Made by a program: the position numbers and the translations under genes. A DNA stretch of 57,587 nucleotides from NCBI GenBank assembly GCA_045105815.1, contig JBGCDX010000001.1, positions 1 to 57,587 of the forward strand, given 5' to 3'. Numbering within the stretch: position 1 is the stretch's first letter; each line of letters begins with the position of its first letter. Shown here in pieces: positions 51,340 to 57,587 of this stretch. Origin of the DNA: Gammaproteobacteria bacterium. Its GTDB lineage: Bacteria > Pseudomonadota > Gammaproteobacteria > UBA4575. Below the pieces are notes generated by a model. The model did no database searches. It worked only from the letters and a program-made list of their open reading frames with translations, and had not been told where the DNA came from.

Positions 51340-52707
51340 TTAGGCTTTGCGTCGTCGAATTCCTATGAAAACCCCAATTAATAAGGTGCCTAAGGGCACA
51401 ATGAGTAAATAGGTTGCTGCCAGTGTGCCGATAGCACGGTTACTAAATTCAACTGCAATATCAGGTGGTTGATAGGGAAGTAAGGAGATACGTTGATCGT
51501 CGTGAGTTAACCACTGTAATGCACTTACGATTAAGGTTAAGTTTTCACCGTGCCCTATGTATGCATTTGCTGCAAAATCACTGTCACCCATGAAGACTAT
51601 TCGTTGCTGAGATTTTTTATTTATTGCTCTGGTTAAACTTGCTGCCATTAATAGTGGCCCTTCTGTGTCGCCACTTTCACTATCAAAAACAACATTCCCT
51701 TCGCTAAGAGCGCTCACCTCAGACCAGGCACGAGGTAGTGAATAAAAAAGCGGTTGCGCCGTCCATGTTTCTGGAGTGGCAATAGCTATACCAGCGGCAA
51801 ATGGAAATAATGTTTGGTTTTTTAATTTAGTAGTGATGTCATGTTGTTGGTATTCAACCACAGGAACTACAGCGGGATGTTTAATGCCAAGCATGGAGCG
51901 TAATTCTTGGTTGGCATCAATAATAGTGCCATCTACCCAACTCAGGCCTAATTTTTCTGCTAGTAAAGGCAACGGTCTGGTAATTGCGTCATTTGAATCT
52001 TGAGGATCTGAAAGCCATAACAAGCTACCTCCCGACTCAACGTATTCAATTATCAATCTTTCTTCACCTGCTAACAATGTTCCTTGTGGTGCAGCAATCA
52101 CAAGCACTGAAACGTTATCAGGAATAAAAGTTGTTTTAAATAAATTGAGGTCTTGGACTTGCACACCGCTAGTTTCTAGGGTTTGTTTAAGTGTGCTGTA
52201 GCCTTGGTTTTCTTCGTTAAATGGGTCGCGTTCACCGTGTCCGGTTAAAAAGGTCACCCATGGGCTGGATTGGCGGCTTAAACGTTGCAGTGCATTGGTA
52301 ATTTCTCGTTCTGAAATAGTGTCTATAATTTCAAAGCGACTATTGTAATCAAGGCGCAGTTGATTGGGCTTATTCAGAAGTAATTCTTTAGCCAATAAGA
52401 TGTCTTTGTCTGTGTCTAGGAACTTTAAATCGATGTCGGGTTTAATGGCCGTGTATTTTTCTATTTGCTTTAATATTGCTTGGCGCTCACTTGCAGCATT
52501 ACGGGCTAATACGGTTATGAGTAAAGTTTTATCTGCTTGTTGTAAAACGACCTGACTAGTTTCATTTAAGCTGTTTCGATTGTCTCGCGTCCAATCAAAT
52601 ACGCGATGGTACTTTTGTGTTAGCCAAGCAAACACACCAATAATAAATAGTAGGGCAATTAGCCCAAACCATCGAAGAAGTTGTTTTTTTAAGTTGTTAA
52701 CTATCAT
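51340..52707 (-). CDS. GldG-like ABC transporter auxiliary protein
   Basis: DWT...RNSL, FLTGHGE, GDSDF, N- and C-terminal TM helices. Confidence 0.85.
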   Translation of the reverse strand: MIVNNLKKQLLRWFGLIALLFIIGVFAWLTQKYHRVFDWTRDNRNSLNETSQVVLQQADKTLLITVLARNAASERQAILKQIEKYTAIKPDIDLKFLDTDKDILLAKELLLNKPNQLRLDYNSRFEIIDTISEREITNALQRLSRQSSPWVTFLTGHGERDPFNEENQGYSTLKQTLETSGVQVQDLNLFKTTFIPDNVSVLVIAAPQGTLLAGEERLIIEYVESGGSLLWLSDPQDSNDAITRPLPLLAEKLGLSWVDGTIIDANQELRSMLGIKHPAVVPVVEYQQHDITTKLKNQTLFPFAAGIAIATPETWTAQPLFYSLPRAWSEVSALSEGNVVFDSESGDTEGPLLMAASLTRAINKKSQQRIVFMGDSDFAANAYIGHGENLTLIVSALQWLTHDDQRISLLPYQPPDIAVEFSNRAIGTLAATYLLIVPLGTLLIGVFIGIRRRKA

Positions 52708-53455
52708 TGCGATACTTAAGTCTGCGAATACAAAGTATTAAAAATAAAGTTGTAAATAACAGGAAGTAGGTTGCATGAGTTGTGTCTATAGATCCCGTAA
52801 TTAAATTCGCCAAGTGCGGAAGATTGGATAGGTAAAGGAATAATTCGCTGCTGCTTGCAGTGGCTGAGCCTGACATATATAGCATAACCATTAACAGCAA
52901 TAGGCCAATGATCGCTGCTGTAGCAATAATAGGAATGCGTGTAAGATTTGCTATGTAAAGTGCTGCAGCATTAAATGAACTAATGAATAAAAACACACCT
53001 AAACATGCTGCTGCTGTTTTGCCATAATCAATCGGGGTAAAGTATCCAAGCAGTATTGCGTAACTGCTAGATATTAAAATATAGATTAAGGTTAATAATA
53101 CTAATGTGAAGTATTTCCCTAACACAATTTGGGTTGCACTGATTGGTGCGCTGCTGAGTAATATGTTAGCTCCAAAGTATAGTTCTTCTGTGCAACTGCG
53201 CACAGCAAATAAAGGGACCACCAAAACACCAATGGATGCTACCCAAAACATATAAGGTGCTATCACCAAATCCGTTAAACCAGGTGCATGATCAAGCCCT
53301 ACTAGCTTAGATTGCACCTCGCTATAAAAGTTATTAAGTAATACTAGTAATAATAACCCTAAGATAAATAATGCGACGGCAAACAGAATCCATGCAATAG
53401 GTGTATAGAAAACACGCTTAAATTCATTTTGAGTGATGGAGAAAATCATGCTCAT
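52697..53455 (-). CDS. GldF-like ABC-2 permease
   Basis: NEFKRVFYTPIAW, EE...G...LL.SAPI...IVLGKY; multi-TM. Confidence 0.85.
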   Translation of the reverse strand: MSMIFSITQNEFKRVFYTPIAWILFAVALFILGLLLLVLLNNFYSEVQSKLVGLDHAPGLTDLVIAPYMFWVASIGVLVVPLFAVRSCTEELYFGANILLSSAPISATQIVLGKYFTLVLLTLIYILISSSYAILLGYFTPIDYGKTAAACLGVFLFISSFNAAALYIANLTRIPIIATAAIIGLLLLMVMLYMSGSATASSSELFLYLSNLPHLANLITGSIDTTHATYFLLFTTLFLILCIRRLKYRNDS

Positions 53456-54408
53456 ACAGTAGGAGTTGTAATGGAATCACGCATTACTAAATCTAAAAAT
53501 ACTTGTTCTAGAGACCCACTAATTGGGCTAATTTCATATAGTTGCCAATCACTTTGCAATGAATGTGATTGGATCTGCTGTATAAATGATGTATCGCTAT
53601 AACGGCAAACATATTTTCCATATTGGCTGCAGCTTACGGACTCACAGCCAGGGACAGCTTTGAGTTTATCAATGCTTGGTTTGCCATTAAAGCGTAGCTT
53701 TACGCGTTTAGTTTGTTTGTCGCCACTGGAGTTCTGATTTAGTTCCTCAAGTGATTGGTCAAGTAATAAAGAACCTTGGTCAATAATCAATACACGGTTG
53801 CAAGTAGATTCAGCCTCGGTAAGTAAATGAGTCGACAATAGTACACTATGATTTTTTGAAAGTTCTGCAAGTAATGACCGAATGTCTTGCATCTGCACTG
53901 GGTCTAGTCCGACTGTAGGTTCGTCTAAGATAACTAATGGTGGGTTATGTGCAATGGCTTGAGCAATGCCAACACGTTGTTTATAGCCTTTTGACAAGTT
54001 GGCAATAAGTTTTTTCTCTACTGAGTTTAATCCACAAACTTCAATGGCATGATTTACACTTTTAGAAATCGAGGTTTTGGCTACACCATGTATACGTGCA
54101 GCAAAAATCAAAAATTCGCGCACAGTTAGTTCTCGATAAAGGGGCGGTGTGTCTGGCAAATAACCTAAATTATTTTTTGCAAGTTTTGGACTAGTGTCCA
54201 TATTATTATTGCCAATTAGTACTACACCAGAATCTGGTTTTAAGTTGCCAGTAATTATATTGAGTGTGGTAGATTTTCCGGCACCATTTGCACCTAGCAA
54301 TGCTACAACTTCCCCACGCTGAATTTCAAAGCTGATATTTTGAATAGCTGTCTGATTGTCAAAGCTATGAAAAAGCCCCTTTACTGACAACAAGGTTTCT
54401 TGTGACAT
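53452..54408 (-). CDS. GldA-like ABC transporter ATP-binding protein
   Basis: GANGAGKST, LSKGYKQRVG, ILDEPTVGLDP. Confidence 0.92.
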   Translation of the reverse strand: MSQETLLSVKGLFHSFDNQTAIQNISFEIQRGEVVALLGANGAGKSTTLNIITGNLKPDSGVVLIGNNNMDTSPKLAKNNLGYLPDTPPLYRELTVREFLIFAARIHGVAKTSISKSVNHAIEVCGLNSVEKKLIANLSKGYKQRVGIAQAIAHNPPLVILDEPTVGLDPVQMQDIRSLLAELSKNHSVLLSTHLLTEAESTCNRVLIIDQGSLLLDQSLEELNQNSSGDKQTKRVKLRFNGKPSIDKLKAVPGCESVSCSQYGKYVCRYSDTSFIQQIQSHSLQSDWQLYEISPISGSLEQVFLDLVMRDSITTPTV

Positions 54409-54525
54409 TAAATGCTTCTTTCTGTAGTAATTGGGATAATCATATGTGCTAGACAGTAGCCTGGAAGTCTATTGTTTAATGCTAGATTGAAATTAAATTA
54501 AGTTGTGTAGTGCATATAATTTAAT

Positions 54526-54555
54526 CAAATGATTGCTGAATTATACAATCATTTG
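54526..54555. repeat. Perfect 10-bp inverted repeat in the divergent ABC/desaturase gap
   Basis: CAAATGATTG-ctgaattata-CAATCATTTG. Confidence 0.7.
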
Positions 54556-54794
54556 TTTTTGGGATTGCACCTATATTTCTGCCTTGTATAAAATCAGCAA
54601 CTTACGGCTACTATAATATTGTCAAAGATATATTTTTCAACCGCATCATCTTTGGACCACCAGTAATCGTCATGTACTTGCTCATGATAGTCTGCTAGAC
54701 GTATCATCGGTATAGCAAACGATATAGCAAAGGATGCTGTATTATTTAATAAAATAATAATAACTAAATAAATATTTAACTAGGGTTTATTGGT

Positions 54795-55973
54795 ATGTTG
54801 AATGGATTAGTTACTTTACCTTGGTGGGGCTACATTCTAGTCGCGCTGATTCTCACACACATTACTATTGTTGCAGTTACTTTGTATCTGCATCGCAGCC
54901 AAGCGCATTGTGCTTTGGACTTGCATCCAATTGTTTCACACTTTTTTCGCTTTTGGTTATGGACCACTACCGGCATGGTCACCAAGGAGTGGGTTGCTAT
55001 TCATCGCAAACATCATGCGAAAACAGAAACATCAGAGGACCCACATAGTCCACATACTAAGGGCATTGCAAAAGTTTTTTGGCAGGGGGCGGAGCTATAT
55101 CAAGCAGAAGCGAAGAACGTAGAGACTCTGGAAAAATACGGGCATGGTACGCCTGATGATTGGCTCGAGCGAAAGCTGTACTCTCCTTATAGTGCATTAG
55201 GCATAGCATTCAGTTTCATTGTTAATTTTATATTATTCGGCTTTATCGGCATCACCATTTGGGCTGTGCAAATGATATGGATTCCACTCAATGCCGCGGG
55301 AATAATTAATGGTATCGGTCATTTCTGGGGCTATAGAAATTTTGAAACTGAAGATGGTTCAACCAATGTGTCTTTTATTGGTGTCATGATCGGTGGGGAA
55401 GAGCTGCATAATAACCATCATGCTTACCCAAGTTCAGCTAAATTTTCCAGTAAGTGGTGGGAGTTGGATATCGGCTGGGTTTATATACAGCTGCTTAGTG
55501 TAGTGGGTTTAGCAAAAGTACGTAGACGCGCACCACAACCTACGCATTTAATTAATAAAAATATTATTGATTTGGACACTGCAAAAGCGATGGTTTCTAG
55601 CAAACTTCATGTCATGGCAGAATATGCTCACAAAGTGACCTTGCCTACTTTTCATGCTGAATTACCCAATTTACAAAACCGCTACCAGAAATTAGTTAGT
55701 CAAATGCGCACAGCTTTAGTGCGTGAAGACAGTCGCATGAAGGAATCTCATCGCGAGCATTTGCAAGATCTGTTACAGAATAGTGAAACACTACACACGG
55801 TTTATGAAATGCGTCGTAAGCTACAGGACCTGTGGGGGGAGACGCATGCAAGCCATGAGCGCATGATTCAAGCTATTATTGAATGGTGTAAAGAAGCAGA
55901 AGCTACTGGAATTAAAGTGCTTCAGGATTTCGCACAAAGCCTACGTGGATATGCTTTGCACCCTGCAATGTAA
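54795..55973 (+). CDS. DesA-like (delta-9) fatty acid desaturase with C-terminal helical extension
   Basis: His boxes HRSQAH, HRKHH, HNNHH. Confidence 0.92.
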   Translation: MLNGLVTLPWWGYILVALILTHITIVAVTLYLHRSQAHCALDLHPIVSHFFRFWLWTTTGMVTKEWVAIHRKHHAKTETSEDPHSPHTKGIAKVFWQGAELYQAEAKNVETLEKYGHGTPDDWLERKLYSPYSALGIAFSFIVNFILFGFIGITIWAVQMIWIPLNAAGIINGIGHFWGYRNFETEDGSTNVSFIGVMIGGEELHNNHHAYPSSAKFSSKWWELDIGWVYIQLLSVVGLAKVRRRAPQPTHLINKNIIDLDTAKAMVSSKLHVMAEYAHKVTLPTFHAELPNLQNRYQKLVSQMRTALVREDSRMKESHREHLQDLLQNSETLHTVYEMRRKLQDLWGETHASHERMIQAIIEWCKEAEATGIKVLQDFAQSLRGYALHPAM

Positions 55974-56051
55974 CTATTCTAGAATTTATTGGGGACTATC
56001 TATCATATAGATTGATAGTTTTGATGCGACTGACGCCTAATTGGCCTTTGT

Positions 56052-56219
56052 TTATTTGATTTTCGCTTCTTTGTACATTACGTGTTTTCTAACCACTGGA
56101 TCGTACTTCTTCATTTCCAGTTTCTCGGTCATCGTGCGCTTATTTTTACTAGTGGTATAGAAGTGTCCTGTACCGGCGCTCGATACTAATTTGATTTTTT
56201 CTCGTACGGATTTAGCCAT
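56052..56219 (-). CDS. rpmG: 50S ribosomal protein L33
   Basis: Manual translation [28 protein letters not shown]...[19 protein letters not shown]. Not in the ORF track. Confidence 0.98.
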   Translation of the reverse strand: MAKSVREKIKLVSSAGTGHFYTTSKNKRTMTEKLEMKKYDPVVRKHVMYKEAKIK

Positions 56220-56224
56220 GGGGA

Positions 56225-56461
56225 TTACACCTTAATTCCACGTTTACGAACATCTGCTAGAACTTCGTCGATGCCGTTCTTATCAATGATGCGCATACCT
56301 TTAGTTGAAAGGCGAAGTTTCACCCACCTGTTTTCACTCTCAACCCAAAAGCGGTGGGTTTGAATATTAGGCATAAAGCGACGACGTGTTTTATTATGGG
56401 CGTGGGATACGTTATTACCAGCGACTGGTCGTTTTCCGGTTACCTGACAAACTCGAGACAT
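56225..56461 (-). CDS. rpmB: 50S ribosomal protein L28
   Basis: [29 protein letters not shown]. Confidence 0.98.
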   Translation of the reverse strand: MSRVCQVTGKRPVAGNNVSHAHNKTRRRFMPNIQTHRFWVESENRWVKLRLSTKGMRIIDKNGIDEVLADVRKRGIKV

Positions 56462-56497
56462 GATATTTACTCTAAAACCATTCAAATAGGGCGCGTG

Positions 56498-56526
56498 AAG
56501 ATAACAGAATCACTAAAATGGCACAA
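56498..56526 (-). promoter_or_regulatory. Putative sigma-70 promoter of rpmBG
   Basis: TTGTGC-17 nt-TATCTT with TGn extension and GC-rich discriminator CACGCGCCC. Confidence 0.5.
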
Positions 56527-56610
56527 GCGAGCCCCCCTAATAAATAAGACATATAGCCCTTTTTAGGCCATTAATTGTCACACATACTAAATAAGCGATA
56601 CATTTAAGCA

Positions 56611-56970
56611 ATGGACACAATATTTTTACGTGATTTAGAAATCTACGCTACTATCGGCATATTTGAATGGGAAAAGCGCATTAAACAGAAAGTGCGTATA
56701 GACCTAGAAATGGGCACAGATATCGCCAAGGCGGCTGCTAGCGACGCTATAGAGGACACACTAGACTACAAGTCTATTTCCAAGAGGATCATTCAATTTG
56801 TTGAAGATAGCCGCTATGAGCTGATTGAGACGATGATAGAAAAGGTAAGCGAAATTCTGATCTATGAATTCAATATTCCCTGGGTGAAGGTCACCATTAG
56901 CAAGCCAGGAGCAGTGCGGGGTTCTCGTGATGTGGGTATTACTATCGAGCGTGGCGAGCGTACCAATTGA
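56611..56970 (+). CDS. folB: Dihydroneopterin aldolase
   Basis: MDTIF...IGIFEWE, LDY, LIE, KPGAV. Confidence 0.96.
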   Translation: MDTIFLRDLEIYATIGIFEWEKRIKQKVRIDLEMGTDIAKAAASDAIEDTLDYKSISKRIIQFVEDSRYELIETMIEKVSEILIYEFNIPWVKVTISKPGAVRGSRDVGITIERGERTN

Positions 56971-57455
56971 TGGCCCGTGTATATGTCAGCATCGGTAGTA
57001 ATATCGATGTAGGTAAAAATATTCCATCTTCAGTTAAGGCGCTGAGAAAGTGTTTTGGTGACCTTGATATTTCCAATGTATATGAGACTAAATCAGTCGG
57101 CTTTGATGGCGAAGATTTCCATAATTTAGTAGTTGGTTTTGATACTGATGAATCTCCATTAGAGATTAGTCAGGTCCTAAAAAAGATTGAGTCAGATCAC
57201 GATCGCACGCGTGGAAAAGAAAAATTTGAATCACGAACACTAGATTTAGATCAATTGTTGTATGGTGATTTAGTCATGCAAATGGATGGTATAAATCTAC
57301 CTCATCCTGATATTTTGCGTTATAACTTTGTGCTTAAACCGTTAACGGAATTATCGGGCGAGATGCTACATCCTGAGGAAGAAAAACAAATTAGTGAGCT
57401 TTGGGAAGCATATGAAGAAAAGCATGGTATGGAGGTTGTGGAATATATTTTTTAA
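56967..57455 (+). CDS. folK: 2-amino-4-hydroxy-6-hydroxymethyldihydropteridine pyrophosphokinase
   Basis: SIGSN, RTLDLD, LPHP, FVLKPL. Confidence 0.95.
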   Translation: MMARVYVSIGSNIDVGKNIPSSVKALRKCFGDLDISNVYETKSVGFDGEDFHNLVVGFDTDESPLEISQVLKKIESDHDRTRGKEKFESRTLDLDQLLYGDLVMQMDGINLPHPDILRYNFVLKPLTELSGEMLHPEEEKQISELWEAYEEKHGMEVVEYIF

Positions 57456-57480
57456 AGAAAAATTATTAGAACAAGAGCTA

Positions 57481-57587
57481 TTATTTAAGTATTTCATTCA
57501 CCCAAAATGGTGGTTTTCTGCGTGTCCATTTTGCAAACTTCATTTTTTCACCCAAATAAAACTTTCGGTAAGCACTAACTGCATCGC
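57481..57587 (-). CDS. 3' end of a pyrimidine-dimer DNA glycosylase-like protein, truncated by window edge
   Basis: DAVSAYRKFYLGEKMKFAKWTRRKPPFW resembles the D.V.AYR.YY...K..FA.W..R..P.W tail of that family. Confidence 0.55.
   Translation of the reverse strand, partial: DAVSAYRKFYLGEKMKFAKWTRRKPPFWVNEILK

Noticed and set aside
55530-55973. Transposase remnant in the desaturase C-terminus
   Set aside because: This helical extension is a normal part of this DesA subfamily; no catalytic motif or terminal repeats were seen.

Overview
AT-rich chromosomal window from a gammaproteobacterium, made up almost entirely of housekeeping genes. In order: apbE (3' end), a patatin, aceEF, a PEP-CTERM protein, an EF-hand protein, tRNA-Ile2(CAT), rpoD-dnaG, damX-like/dgt/aroBK/pilMNOPQ/mrcA/hemE, yqeY-rpsU-tsaD-plsY, bioHC, an aa3-type cytochrome c oxidase cluster, rpoH, ftsYEX, an M16 peptidase pair, rsmD-coaD-ggt, mutM, a chorismatase with a GldAFG-like ABC transporter, a fatty-acid desaturase, rpmBG and folBK. 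I saw no integrase, transposase, CRISPR array or defence island. The most unusual spot is the ftsX-rpoH gap, which holds a perfect CIRCE element upstream of rpoH, a possibly structured non-coding tract, and a lone 70-aa lambda Nu1-like winged-HTH gene with no phage context. Other leads are a candidate CRP-linked sRNA in a convergent gap (221-412), CRP-like boxes and a structured leader before the PEP-CTERM gene, small ORFs absent from the ORF track, and a conserved rpoD-to-folK gene string that is still collinear but split by two large blocks. All calls come from motif recognition by eye; no searches or folding programs were run.
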